DNA of 64,000 nucleotides, from the sequence record SRR31156797_326. The stretch is one strand, 5' to 3'. The position numbers and the translations under genes are program-made. Positions 9,701-19,259 of this stretch are shown here, piece by piece; position 1 is the first letter of the stretch; each line of letters begins with the position of its first letter. The notes beneath the pieces are model-generated. The model was not told where the DNA came from, ran no database searches, and worked only from the letters and a program-made list of their open reading frames with translations.

Positions 9701-9838
9701 TTGAATTCAATTTATGAAACGTCCATAAACATTGAAATAGCAAAGCTTCACCCTGATAATGTGGATTTTCCCGGAACCCGGATTGTATTGAAGATGCCTG
9801 ATTTCGGTAAGCTGGTAAAATCAGGTCAGAAGAATTAA
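6728..9838 (+). CDS. LytS/YehU-type sensor histidine kinase with periplasmic beta-propeller and Y_Y_Y domains
   Basis: Reg_prop repeats (QDSKGFLWIGT), YRYKLNGYD Y_Y_Y domain, TM helix, H-box LKSQMNPHFYFNTLN, LQPFIENS, DNGIG. Confidence 0.9.
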   Translation: MFKGQYLSFILFLLLFWVNLASQNLVRYGISDGLAHKHVRHFYQDSKGFLWIGTWNGISRFDGHHFTSFQHDSGDSTSILNEEVTWITEDSLGNIWSFTRNGIMKYSGGDNFTRVFLDETHKKDFKPLGSQTLVFDYSGTGWFLEEQGLFSFSSDLKKIRRLGIPNITFKESNAILADKSGLWITTINGICFFKYETLNQNNFITEEAADIFILNRNWSQDFPGGFLRSINDRLLVHYTNKGIYELDVDDGELKQLIGKHTAGVGNITEFRRFYEISPGIIAFGKGQNGMLMFDLNSNTFIDEHPLLNYTSGLDIHAILMDKQHNIWVGSLNGVLKYSCPQLTFKSWLYDPEDTNSLSGENLTHVFKDAYRHLWVSSTSGGIERIDPESGLVTKIRLPDKYHIYTNPNRGNYIYQLDSNMFLLAYDSAVFKYNLKQNSFDFVMKVDRHVRQVAKDDDGKLYMVASNGRYILNYKNEKLTLDSEFNIGHEKAQYQSNWDIEILDDRIILGQRKGLTIIDKNNFSNVACFVPDGAKDIPYVLCVYPASSGLVWIGTMRDGIYAFDMTIKEFVSHFDMNDGLIDNSVNAIFEDNNGYLWASTWKGIAKVIPETGEIYNYSTVNGLPFPEFNTEVYCRDDDGNIYFGGLGGVIEMHPRTFVNFETPNDLKIIEVHAWNKLLPLTYPLGNDEQVKLEFEQNDFSVFFSSFDFRHAHERRYRYKLNGYDSKWRQLTNNDFAARYANVPSGSYTLTIGSTYQNWPWVGKQTNLKISIKPPPVYKRQSFLVAILIILGLSLTTIIILRLRNKNMQKEVMITRLEKESNLAKLNFLKSQMNPHFYFNTLNAINSFVLKHEIREANIYLTKFAKLMREVLDNSQKEFVKIADEKAVLEKYLALQQLRFQNLFDYEINVDQEVEDKEIPPMFLQPFIENSVEYAFVDMQVKGWLTISFNLDGEQIICSVIDNGIGIDRSQQIKRRSKRSSTAIKNIFKRIYMLNSIYETSINIEIAKLHPDNVDFPGTRIVLKMPDFGKLVKSGQKN

Positions 9839-9961
9839 TCTGAGCTATGATATATGAAATTCTGCTTAGCGCAACAAGCTACAGCGGGCAGAAATGATCA
9901 ATGAATCATTCTGGTAAATCACATTGCTTTAATGATCACTTTTCAGCAGCGATCATCGATC

Positions 9962-10573
9962 TTAAAAACCCAACTGATTAATGAAATTTCCTATGTAATC
10001 CGGATTTATCAGTATCGTAAAAACAATTCCGTAAACTGATCCCAAAAAATGTGCGTTGTGCCCGATATTGCCCTGGGAGCGTTTCCCCATGTAAGCCGAA
10101 TACACCAGGTACAGGATTCCAAATAACCATGAAGGGATACCAATGGGAATAAAGAAAAGATAGATACTACCGCCTGGGTATAAGATTATACTTGAAAATA
10201 CAACTGCAGCAACTGCTCCCGACGCTCCAACGGCATTGTAGTAAATATCATCTTTGTGTTTTGCAAAATCGTAGATGGTTGAAAATATTGCCCCGCCAAC
10301 ATAAAGAACCAGGAAATAAAGCATTCCGATGGTTCCAAAATCGTAAGTTAAAAATGATTGCACGACTCTGCCAAACGACCAAAGCACAATCATGTTGATG
10401 ATCAGGTGGCCCCAATCGGCGTGGAGCAGAGTGTGCGACAGGAATCGATACCACTGCTTGTCGTGGTTGATATAATAGGCATTGAATTTAAATCTGTCAA
10501 ACAGTTGAGCATTCTGAAATGACATAAACGAAACAATGCCTGTAATTACAATGATGATAATTGTTAATGACAT
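9962..10573 (-). CDS. Rhomboid family intramembrane serine protease
   Basis: WYRF, HLIINM, GASG catalytic Ser, AHFLG catalytic His; multiple TM helices. Confidence 0.9.
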   Translation of the reverse strand: MSLTIIIIVITGIVSFMSFQNAQLFDRFKFNAYYINHDKQWYRFLSHTLLHADWGHLIINMIVLWSFGRVVQSFLTYDFGTIGMLYFLVLYVGGAIFSTIYDFAKHKDDIYYNAVGASGAVAAVVFSSIILYPGGSIYLFFIPIGIPSWLFGILYLVYSAYMGKRSQGNIGHNAHFLGSVYGIVFTILINPDYIGNFINQLGF

Positions 10574-10599
10574 GTCATTTTATTTAATCCTGATCGGCT

Positions 10600-11415
10600 T
10601 TAATTATTAAGGGTTTCCTGTGTGTAATCTATTTCAGAACCCAACATGCTGTGGGGGATCAAATAAACCGCCAGCAATACCACTGCCGCTGCAATCACCC
10701 ATGCTTTGTGGTTTGGATTTTTGCGTACACGCAGGTAGGCTATAATCCACATAATAAATGCTACTGCGGTTTTATTATCCGTGAGGTCGGTGCCAATTGG
10801 CCAGCCGGTCCAGTAAGCGTCAAAAGCATATTTCTGCACTATAGGTCCCAAAATCAATCCGCCAATGGCAAAAAATATGACGGTCCATAATGCCATGTTT
10901 ACCAGGTTTCTTCCGTGTATCAGTGCCTCGAAGCCTGCACGCATCGAAAACATCATGGCCAGGAAAATAATGATGATATGCGGGATAAGTACCAATTCAG
11001 GTACCGCGCCCTTGTATCGCAGGACCAGTGGCTTTTTCTCGATACTCTCAAAGTTTCCGTCCTGACCCAGCAAAATCTGGTATTCAACCTTTCCGGCAGG
11101 AGGCTGATTGGGTAGCCTTGCTACCAGTTCACCCCCCTGGCGAACCATTGACTTTTCGCTCCAGTCATCAAAACTTTTGAAACGCCTGAAACGGTATTTA
11201 CCTTCAATGGTTTCATCTTCAATTTCAACAGTTACCTCTGCATCTGTGGTGCCTTCCCAGGTGCGGATAAGTTTGTATTTAATGGTTTCACCGGCAATTT
11301 CAGTTTTACCTCTTTCCGGGTATGTAGGGCCGGTCATGCGCTGATAAATCCCTGCGCCGGCCATAAGAATAAAAGAAAGAATCCAAAGTAGTATTGATCG
11401 TGTGCGATATTTCAT
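10600..11415 (-). CDS. Hypothetical membrane protein
   Basis: N-terminal TM, soluble domain, then about four TM helices. Confidence 0.7.
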   Translation of the reverse strand: MKYRTRSILLWILSFILMAGAGIYQRMTGPTYPERGKTEIAGETIKYKLIRTWEGTTDAEVTVEIEDETIEGKYRFRRFKSFDDWSEKSMVRQGGELVARLPNQPPAGKVEYQILLGQDGNFESIEKKPLVLRYKGAVPELVLIPHIIIIFLAMMFSMRAGFEALIHGRNLVNMALWTVIFFAIGGLILGPIVQKYAFDAYWTGWPIGTDLTDNKTAVAFIMWIIAYLRVRKNPNHKAWVIAAAVVLLAVYLIPHSMLGSEIDYTQETLNN

Positions 11416-11455
11416 AGTTTGTTCATTATTTTAAAGTCGGCAAAAATACCAGTTT

Positions 11456-14455
11456 CTATTTAATCAGTTTTTCTTCCTGCTTTGGAAGTGTAAATGGTTG
11501 TTGTTTATTCAGGATATCGTATACAAGTTGATGAAGATCAGTTCGAAGATCCATTTTCAGTAATTTATAATTGTCAGCATCCGGGTACACCCTGTTCGAC
11601 AAAAATACATAAAGCAGCCCGTTTTCGGGATCGGCCCAGGTATATGTACCTGTAAAACCCGAGTGTCCAAAGCTTTTTAGCGAGGCACTTTCACAAACAG
11701 GCCCGAGAGAATCATATTCCGGGTAGGGTTTGTCGAAGCCCATTGCGCGGCGGTTCTCATCGAGTGGAAACTGCTGACGCGTAAATTCATCGATTGTACC
11801 CGTCCTTAAATATTGATGACCACCGTAAAAACCACCCTGAAGATACATCTGCATCAGTTTGGCCTGATCGTTGGCATTCGAAAACAACCCTGCATGGCCT
11901 GACACGCCTCCAAGCATTGCCGCACCCGGATCATGAACATACCCACATATGAGCTGGCCCCTGAAGGCTGTATCCATTTCAGTTGGCGCAATGCGATCTT
12001 TGTTTATGTATTGCAATGGCTTGTAGTGCATGGTAGTCATGCCCATAGGCGCATAATATTTTTCGGTAACGAATGTATCGAATGGATGTCCGGTTATTTT
12101 TTCCAGGGCATCACAAAGCAGATAATAACCGATATCGCTGTATTTGTATTCGCGCTTGTCGCGAAGCTCGGAGCTGACAATGGTGTCAAAAATGCTGTCG
12201 CGATACGGGTTTAAAATGTACAGGTTTTCAGAAACCTGCGTACTGAAATTTTTCCTGGGCTTTTTGGTGTAGAGTTTAGGGTTAAGTTGATTGTCAATTT
12301 TTGTTTTCCAGAAAAAGGGTATCCAGGGTTGAAATTGTGCCTGGTGGGCCAGGATTTCACGGGTGATTTTTGCTCGTTTGTTTGAATTTCGGAGATAAGG
12401 CAGATACCACGACAAGGGCATGTCCACATCAAATTTGCCTTCCTCATATAAATCCATTACAGCCAATGTTGTTGCACTGATTTTTGTAAGGGATGCCAAA
12501 TCGTAAACATCACTGTTTCTTACCTCCCGGATACTGTCGTAAGTGTGGTAGCCAAATGATTTGTTGAAAAACACAACCCCGTCCTTTGCCAGCAGTACCT
12601 GCGCTCCCGGATAGGCTTCTTCATGAATGCCAAACTCTATAAGCTTAATAACAGTGTCTAGCTGGTTCCTGGGAATACCTACCTCCTCGGGTATTGAATA
12701 TTTTAACCTGCCGATACTTTTGGTTTCGATGCCATTACCAGCCTGGAACCATTCATTTGCCGTTACCGGAAGTTTTCCCTTTGCACCCAACGCACCAAAA
12801 ATTATTTGTGCAGAAATCTCCTTCGATATGTCTACATCTTCATAAGATACAATCAACGCTTCCGGAAGTTCTTCGTTGCTGAGCCTTGAAAGGGCGTAAG
12901 GATTTCCAAAAATGTTGATGACCAGGTTTGATGGCTGGCTGTTTATTGTGCGGATAAGTTGAAGAGCTTCATTTGATATCCCGAATTCCTTGCCGGCATA
13001 GTTGCTGGTGTTTTCCAGTGCGACGATAATGAGGTTATATTTTGAAAGTGCTTTTGCGGTTTTGGATATGGCAGATTTAGTTGGTTTTGACGGGAGGTTG
13101 AAATGATCAACAGTTCCAAAAAGGTCGAGAGTTTCCTGAAAAACTGATTGTTTTTTACTACCCACCACCAGTGCAGCTATTTTGAGTGTGTCGAGGTTTT
13201 GAAGCGGGATCAGGTTGTTATCGTTTTTTACGATGGTAATTGCTTCTTCAAAGATCTTTCGTGATATCAGTTCGTTTACCGGATGGTTTATGTCATCAAT
13301 AATACCTTTTTCATCAATTACAGGCAGGTTATCCAGCCCCATGAGCTGTTTGTAAGCCAAAATTTTCCTGCACCGAAAATCAATCTCATCCTGTGAAATC
13401 AATCCGCTATCCACAGCTTGTTGAATTTTGCTTATTGCTGCAGGTACATCAAGCGGAAGCAAAAGAATGTCGTTCCCGGCCATGAGGGCTTTCAACTCAA
13501 TGTCGCCGGGTTTGTGATAATTTGTTACCCCTTGCATATCCAGCGCGTCCGTAATGGCCAACCCGCTGAAATCAAGCTCTTTTCTGAGCAGGCTGTCCAC
13601 TGATTTTTCTGACAGGGAGGTCGCCATATTTTTACGATTATCCAGGTCGGGGATAAACAAGTGTGCGACCATGATTCCGCCAACTCCGCCATCGATGGCT
13701 TTTCTGAAGGGGTAGAGGTCAACACTGTCGATCAGGGCTTTGTCATGATTGAGCAGCGGAAGGGTAAAGTGCGAATCGCTGTCGGTATCACCATGTCCCG
13801 GAAAATGTTTGGCAGTGGCGATCACACCTTCTCTCTGCATTCCTTGAATGTAAGCAACACCTTTTTCAGCCACATTTTCTTTAACCTCACCAAACGACCT
13901 GAAATTGATAACCGGGTTATCAGGATTACTATTGATATCAACAACAGGGGCAAAATTGATGTGTACCCCGATTCTCCGGCAGTTTTTTCCGATTTGTTTG
14001 CCGGTCAGGTACACCAGGTGATCGTTTTGCATGGCACCCATGGTCATTTGTTTCGGGAAGCTGAAAGCACTGTCAAGCCGCATCCCTACACCCCATTCTG
14101 CATCCATGGCAATGAGAAGTGGTGTTTTTGATACACTTTGCCAGTAATTGGTGAGTTTGGCCTGCTGTAAAGGGTCGCCCTGAAAGAAACAAAGACCTCC
14201 AATATTATAATCAATCATCAGCCTGGAAATACTGTCGTAAAAAGCTCTGTTTTTGTTGGAATAGGTGCGGATCATCAGGAGCTGTGCAACCTTTTCGGAT
14301 GGCGAAAGCGAGCGAAACACCGAATCAACCCAGGGGCTGTGGTACAAAGCTGCCGCCTGATCGTTGAGGTTGAAATTTTCGGATTTTATCTGACCAAAAA
14401 CACCAACTGAGCAAAATATTGCGATTGTAAAAAATACTAGTATGTTCTTTTTCAT
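11456..14455 (-). CDS. GH3 beta-N-acetylglucosaminidase fused to a class C beta-lactamase-like serine hydrolase
   Basis: KHFPGHG..DSH NagZ motif, TDALDM nucleophile, C-terminal ASLTK (SxxK), YSD, HSGFTG; start moved to MKKNIL signal peptide. Confidence 0.9.
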   Translation of the reverse strand: MKKNILVFFTIAIFCSVGVFGQIKSENFNLNDQAAALYHSPWVDSVFRSLSPSEKVAQLLMIRTYSNKNRAFYDSISRLMIDYNIGGLCFFQGDPLQQAKLTNYWQSVSKTPLLIAMDAEWGVGMRLDSAFSFPKQMTMGAMQNDHLVYLTGKQIGKNCRRIGVHINFAPVVDINSNPDNPVINFRSFGEVKENVAEKGVAYIQGMQREGVIATAKHFPGHGDTDSDSHFTLPLLNHDKALIDSVDLYPFRKAIDGGVGGIMVAHLFIPDLDNRKNMATSLSEKSVDSLLRKELDFSGLAITDALDMQGVTNYHKPGDIELKALMAGNDILLLPLDVPAAISKIQQAVDSGLISQDEIDFRCRKILAYKQLMGLDNLPVIDEKGIIDDINHPVNELISRKIFEEAITIVKNDNNLIPLQNLDTLKIAALVVGSKKQSVFQETLDLFGTVDHFNLPSKPTKSAISKTAKALSKYNLIIVALENTSNYAGKEFGISNEALQLIRTINSQPSNLVINIFGNPYALSRLSNEELPEALIVSYEDVDISKEISAQIIFGALGAKGKLPVTANEWFQAGNGIETKSIGRLKYSIPEEVGIPRNQLDTVIKLIEFGIHEEAYPGAQVLLAKDGVVFFNKSFGYHTYDSIREVRNSDVYDLASLTKISATTLAVMDLYEEGKFDVDMPLSWYLPYLRNSNKRAKITREILAHQAQFQPWIPFFWKTKIDNQLNPKLYTKKPRKNFSTQVSENLYILNPYRDSIFDTIVSSELRDKREYKYSDIGYYLLCDALEKITGHPFDTFVTEKYYAPMGMTTMHYKPLQYINKDRIAPTEMDTAFRGQLICGYVHDPGAAMLGGVSGHAGLFSNANDQAKLMQMYLQGGFYGGHQYLRTGTIDEFTRQQFPLDENRRAMGFDKPYPEYDSLGPVCESASLKSFGHSGFTGTYTWADPENGLLYVFLSNRVYPDADNYKLLKMDLRTDLHQLVYDILNKQQPFTLPKQEEKLIK

Positions 14456-14678
14456 TACAAAAAATACAAATTTTAAAGGTTGGTCCAATATACCGGGCTT
14501 AAAAGGAATCAGGTATATGAACATTTTATTTGCAAAGGTATTGAGTTTGGTGCAACAAATGAATAGCCTGAATTATTTTAATTATTGCCTGAAAAGTAAA
14601 AACGGAATACAAAAAGTACACAATAGGGGACATTGAATAATGTTTTAATTAACACAAGAAAGATACTGACGTTTACCG

Positions 14679-14686
14679 TATATTTG
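14679..14686 (+). promoter_or_regulatory. Bacteroidota -7 promoter element
   Basis: TATATTTG upstream of the second TA pair. Confidence 0.55.
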
Positions 14687-14729
14687 TATCATCTTGATAA
14701 ACCAACATTCATGAAAATAATCATTAAAA

Positions 14730-14957
14730 ATGAGAACTATTGATGATATCATCCATGATGCCAGTGCACTTACGGATGATCAGAAAATATTGCTTGTGGA
14801 TTTGCTGCTCACTGAAATCAGAGAAAATAAAAGAATTTTTGATTCGGAATGGAGCTATGAGGTTGAAAGAAGGGTGGATGAAATCACGGGTGATCACACC
14901 GATCTGGTTGATGGTGAAAAAGTTTTTGCTGAAATTAAGAAAAAGTATGGCAAATAA
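14730..14957 (+). CDS. Addiction module antitoxin (TIGR02574-like)
   Basis: 75-aa acidic protein with W..EVERR..EI..G...LVDGEKVF pattern, upstream of a ParE-like frame. Confidence 0.8.
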   Translation: MRTIDDIIHDASALTDDQKILLVDLLLTEIRENKRIFDSEWSYEVERRVDEITGDHTDLVDGEKVFAEIKKKYGK

Positions 14958-15244
14958 GATTCTACTTTCATCCTGAATCTAAACTTGAGTTTATTGAATC
15001 GATTGAATATTATGAAGATAAAAGTACTAACTTAGGCTTTGCTTTTTCGAATGAGGTATATAAATCAATCGGTCATATCAGGCAATCACCCCAAGCATTT
15101 CCATCCTTCTCAAAAAGAACAAGAAGAATATTTGTAGATCGTTTTCCATTTGCTTTGATATATCATACAAGTAAAGACCACGTCATAATAATTGCTGTGA
15201 TGCATCTCAACCGAAAACCCGGATATTGGTTAAAACGCAGTTAA
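14954..15244 (+). CDS. ParE/RelE family toxin lacking a canonical start (ATA start or pseudogene)
   Basis: Manual translation IRFYFHPESKLEFIESIEYYE...LGFAF...RFPFALIY...IIAVMHLNRKPGYWLKRS*; in-frame stop at 14936 and no ATG/GTG/TTG at the 5' end; absent from the ORF track. Confidence 0.8.
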   Translation: MRFYFHPESKLEFIESIEYYEDKSTNLGFAFSNEVYKSIGHIRQSPQAFPSFSKRTRRIFVDRFPFALIYHTSKDHVIIIAVMHLNRKPGYWLKRS

Positions 15245-15363
15245 TGCTTGCCAAATTCAAAGCTGTAATAACTGATTTTTAAAGACCAATACAATTTTTA
15301 TGTTTAGTAACTAACAGATGGGGCAATTTCTAACAATTGTACATGTTTTTAACTTCAAAATAG

Positions 15364-15371
15364 TACTTTTG
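15364..15371 (+). promoter_or_regulatory. Bacteroidota -7 promoter element
   Basis: TACTTTTG upstream of the lamin-tail gene. Confidence 0.65.
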
Positions 15372-15402
15372 CAACAAGTCAAAAATTTTAAACTTTATTA
15401 TC

Positions 15403-16383
15403 ATGAAAAAAGCATTACTACTCACTTTTACAGTTCTTTTATCAGGGATAATTTATGCACAGCCCTGTACAAAACTCTTTATTTCGGAGTATGTTGAAGG
15501 TTCGGGCAATAACAAGGCCATCGAAGTTTATAACCCTACCGATCAGCCTGTTGACCTGTCAGGTTATCAACTTGTAAGGTATTCAAATGGTGGAACAACC
15601 CCTAACGCAGTTCAGCTGGGCGGCATTCTGCAGCCAAAGGATGTTATGGTTGCCGTGCTCGATAAGCGCGATCCCAATGGTACCGGCAACGAAATAATGG
15701 TGGATTTGGAATTGCAGGCCAAGGCTGACACATTTCTGTGTCCGGTTTATGAAGTAAACAAAATGCTCTACCACAACGGCAATGATGCAGTTACTCTCGA
15801 AACCTTCGGAGGATCTGAAATACTGGATATCGTGGGCCGTGTTGGTGCACCCGATCCTGAAAATGGTTGGACCAATTTTACCGATACAACCATTACCTAC
15901 AACAGCGGTGGCGTTCCAACCGAATACACCATTGTTGATTACATCGTGGGCCCGTTGTTCTGGCTGTCGTGGACCAAAGATCATACACTCATCCGTAAGT
16001 CAGAAGTTACAGAAGGTGTGATGACAAACCCATCAGCTTTTAACCCGGAAGTCCAGTGGGATTCCATTCCTGAAAATTCTTTCGAAAACCTTGGAACCCA
16101 CGATTGCTTTTGTAACAGCATTTCGGTTCCAGAGATTGAAGAAGGTATAGATATTACATTCTATCCAAACCCGGTAACAGGCGAAGATTTTGTGATTGAA
16201 GCACAGGAAGAAATCAGTGAAGTGATTGTTTTCAACACTGCAGGCCAGACCATTATCAATTCGCGTATGAATGGCGTAAGAAGCACAACGATTGAAACTG
16301 GTGAGCTGAACACAGGCGTTTACTTTGTTAAAGTTACGCTGGCAAACAAGGCCACCATCGTTAAAAAAATAATCAGGGAATAA
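15403..16383 (+). CDS. Lamin tail domain protein with T9SS C-terminal sorting domain
   Basis: LFISEYVEGSGNNKAIEVYNPT..VDLSGY lamin-tail motif; FYPNP...GVYFVKV...KKII CTD; signal peptide. Confidence 0.85.
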   Translation: MKKALLLTFTVLLSGIIYAQPCTKLFISEYVEGSGNNKAIEVYNPTDQPVDLSGYQLVRYSNGGTTPNAVQLGGILQPKDVMVAVLDKRDPNGTGNEIMVDLELQAKADTFLCPVYEVNKMLYHNGNDAVTLETFGGSEILDIVGRVGAPDPENGWTNFTDTTITYNSGGVPTEYTIVDYIVGPLFWLSWTKDHTLIRKSEVTEGVMTNPSAFNPEVQWDSIPENSFENLGTHDCFCNSISVPEIEEGIDITFYPNPVTGEDFVIEAQEEISEVIVFNTAGQTIINSRMNGVRSTTIETGELNTGVYFVKVTLANKATIVKKIIRE

Positions 16384-16403
16384 AATAACCCTGAAAAAAT
16401 TGG

Positions 16404-16441
16404 CACCCTGTTGATAATCCAATGTTCAACAGGGTGTTTTT
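16404..16441 (+). terminator. Intra-operon hairpin/terminator
   Basis: CACCCTGTTGA...TCAACAGGGTG stem followed by TTTTT. Confidence 0.65.
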
Positions 16442-16473
16442 CATTTTCCAATCATTTTCCAACACACATCATT

Positions 16474-19230
16474 ATGAAAACTATACGGATACTTGCTTTT
16501 GTAGGACTCATGTTTCCCGCCTTTGTGTTTGGTCAAACAGGAGAACTTAAAGGGACCATAACAGATGCGAAAACCGGTGAAACACTCATTGGTGCAAACA
16601 TCATTTACGAAACAGGGCGGGGAACCGTTACCGATATCGACGGAAATTACAAGTTGGAACTGGACTATGGTACCTACGATTTGACCATTTCCTATGTAGG
16701 GTTCCAGTCCATTCAGGAATCAGTGGTGATTGATAAGCCGCAGACCACTTTGGATTTTGAACTCGATTATGTAACTCTTACAGCAGTGGAAGTTGTTGGC
16801 GACATGGCCCGGACACGTGAAACGCCGGTAGCTTTTTCAACCATTCAGCCAAAAACACTTCAGGAAGAATTGGCCTCGCAGGATATTCCGCTTATCCTTA
16901 ATTCAACACCCGGCGTGTATGCTACACAGCAGGGTGGAGGCGATGGTGATGCACGGATCAATATTCGTGGTTTTAACCAACGCAACGTCGCCGTTATGCT
17001 CGATGGTATTCCGGTGAACGACATGGAAAATGGCTGGGTATACTGGAGTAACTGGTTTGGCCTGGATGTGGTGATGCGCAGTACACAGGTACAGCGTGGA
17101 CTCGGAGCCTCAAAGCTTGCCATTCCTTCCGTTGGTGGTACAATAAACCTGCAAACCAAAGGTATTGGTGCTAAGCGAAACGTAAGAATCAAACAGGAGG
17201 TAGGAGATAACGGGTTTTTACGGACCAGCTTCGGTTACACCTCCGGCCAGCTTAAAGGTGGATGGGGAGTTACTGCAGCAGGTTCCTATAAAAGAGGAAA
17301 CGGTTGGGTAGACGAAACCTGGACAGAAGGCTGGTTTTATTTTTTGAGAATCGATAAAAATTTGGGCAATCACAGGCTGAGCCTTAAAGCCATGGGCGCA
17401 CCGCAAAAGCATGGTCAGCGTTCTTACAAAAAATCAATTGCCGAGTTTGATTCGGCATATGCTATCGATCAGGGTGTTAAGCCGGATGAATTTTTGACCG
17501 GCAAACCGGTTGACCTGGGTATTAAATACAACCCGAACTGGGGCACCCTCGATCGTTATACACTTGACAGCGAAGGTAACCCGATAAGCGGAGGAGTTGA
17601 AAATGTTTCAACAGCCAAAAATTATTACCACAAACCCATGTTCAGCCTTAGCGATTTCTGGAATGTAAACGATCGTTTTTATCTTTCAAACATTGTTTAC
17701 CTGTCGATTGGGAATGGCGGCGGAACCGGGCTGCTGAACAGTACCTCAACCTTGCCGAATGGACAGGTTGACCTGCAAAGCCTTTACGATGCCAACTATA
17801 ACAATCCTAATTTCAATCCTGACCGTGTTTCTCAGGGTATTTTAAGGTCATCCATCAACAACCACTTTTGGTATGGTTTGCTTTCAACGTTTACCTACGA
17901 AATTAACGACAACTATTCCCTGTCAGGTGGTGTTGACCTGAGGAGTTACAAGGGTGAACACTATCGCGAGGTTTATGATTTGCTGGGTGGTAATTATTAC
18001 CTGGCAAGGCCCGGGGAACAAAATTCAAACGAAGATCCAAATACCGAAAAACGGGTTGGAGACATTTTTGGATATCACAACGATGGACTGGTAAGATGGG
18101 GAGGCCTTTTCGGGCAACTCGAATATAAGAAGGATAAGCTTTCTGCTTTTGTTAACCTGACTGTGTCAAATAGTGGGTATAAACGGATTGATTATTTCAA
18201 GCCCAAGATGCTTGAAGTTGGAGATACAACTTTAAGGATTGCCTATAACACTGAAATAGAATACAATGGCGAAACATACGACAGGAATTCTCCGGGTTTA
18301 AAAAATCTTGAATCAGACTGGAAATGGATACTTGGAGGTACTGCTAAAGCTGGGGTGAATTATAATATCAACGATAACATGAATGCATTTATGAACCTGG
18401 GATACCTCTCTAAAGCGCCAAGGTTCAACAATGTTTACGATTACAATAACCAGCTTTTCAGGGACATCGAAAATGAAAATGTGAAAGCCATTGAAATGGG
18501 ATATAGTTATTACAACCGTAAGATGACCATGAATTTAAACGGATATTATACCGTATGGGAAAACAAACCCGCCGACAGCCCGCCATCATACCAACTTGAC
18601 GATGAAACCTACCGGGTTAATATCAACGGTATGGATGCACTACACATGGGTTTGGAGGTGGAACTGGCCTATCGGTTGCTCGATAATCTGATGTATGAGG
18701 GTTTACTCTCAGCAGGTGACTGGTCATGGACTTCTTCTGATTCCGCCAGGATTTATGATGATAACCAAAACCTGGTGGATGTAGTGGCTTTTGATGCTGA
18801 AGGTATTTATGTTGGAGATGCGGCTCAATTCCAGACCAGGCATAGCTTGCGCTGGGAAATTATTGAGAGACTGTATGTGAAGAGCGCATTAACCTATTTT
18901 GGGAAAAACTATTCAAATTTTGATCCGCTGGATCTGGATCCTGAACGTAATCCGTGGGCATTTGACGATGATGGTAAACCACGTCAGTCGTGGAAAATGC
19001 CAAATTACTTTATGGTTGATTTCCACGCCGGGTATGGATTTAATGTGAATAACCTGCGATTCAACGTCAGAGCAAGTGTCCTGAACCTTTTGGATGAGAA
19101 ATACATTTCGGATGCCGACAATAACGACAAATATGTTGGCCAGTCATACAACGATTTCGATGCCAAATCAGCGGCTGTATTTTTTGGCCTGGGCCGCCGG
19201 TACAATATTTCTCTGGAAATTAATTTTTAA
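16474..19230 (+). CDS. TonB-dependent receptor
   Basis: N-terminal CarboxypepD-like extension (GTITDAKTGETLIGANI), plug (INIRGF...LDGIPVND), C-terminal NLLDEKY...GRRYNISLEINF; start moved to MKTIRIL. Confidence 0.9.
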   Translation: MKTIRILAFVGLMFPAFVFGQTGELKGTITDAKTGETLIGANIIYETGRGTVTDIDGNYKLELDYGTYDLTISYVGFQSIQESVVIDKPQTTLDFELDYVTLTAVEVVGDMARTRETPVAFSTIQPKTLQEELASQDIPLILNSTPGVYATQQGGGDGDARINIRGFNQRNVAVMLDGIPVNDMENGWVYWSNWFGLDVVMRSTQVQRGLGASKLAIPSVGGTINLQTKGIGAKRNVRIKQEVGDNGFLRTSFGYTSGQLKGGWGVTAAGSYKRGNGWVDETWTEGWFYFLRIDKNLGNHRLSLKAMGAPQKHGQRSYKKSIAEFDSAYAIDQGVKPDEFLTGKPVDLGIKYNPNWGTLDRYTLDSEGNPISGGVENVSTAKNYYHKPMFSLSDFWNVNDRFYLSNIVYLSIGNGGGTGLLNSTSTLPNGQVDLQSLYDANYNNPNFNPDRVSQGILRSSINNHFWYGLLSTFTYEINDNYSLSGGVDLRSYKGEHYREVYDLLGGNYYLARPGEQNSNEDPNTEKRVGDIFGYHNDGLVRWGGLFGQLEYKKDKLSAFVNLTVSNSGYKRIDYFKPKMLEVGDTTLRIAYNTEIEYNGETYDRNSPGLKNLESDWKWILGGTAKAGVNYNINDNMNAFMNLGYLSKAPRFNNVYDYNNQLFRDIENENVKAIEMGYSYYNRKMTMNLNGYYTVWENKPADSPPSYQLDDETYRVNINGMDALHMGLEVELAYRLLDNLMYEGLLSAGDWSWTSSDSARIYDDNQNLVDVVAFDAEGIYVGDAAQFQTRHSLRWEIIERLYVKSALTYFGKNYSNFDPLDLDPERNPWAFDDDGKPRQSWKMPNYFMVDFHAGYGFNVNNLRFNVRASVLNLLDEKYISDADNNDKYVGQSYNDFDAKSAAVFFGLGRRYNISLEINF

Positions 19231-19259
19231 CACTCTTACAACTCATTAAAATTTTAGAT

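Noticed and set aside
14740-14976. 78-aa ORF overlapping the antitoxin
   Set aside because: Alternative frame with no family features; only its final ATG is relevant to the toxin-start question
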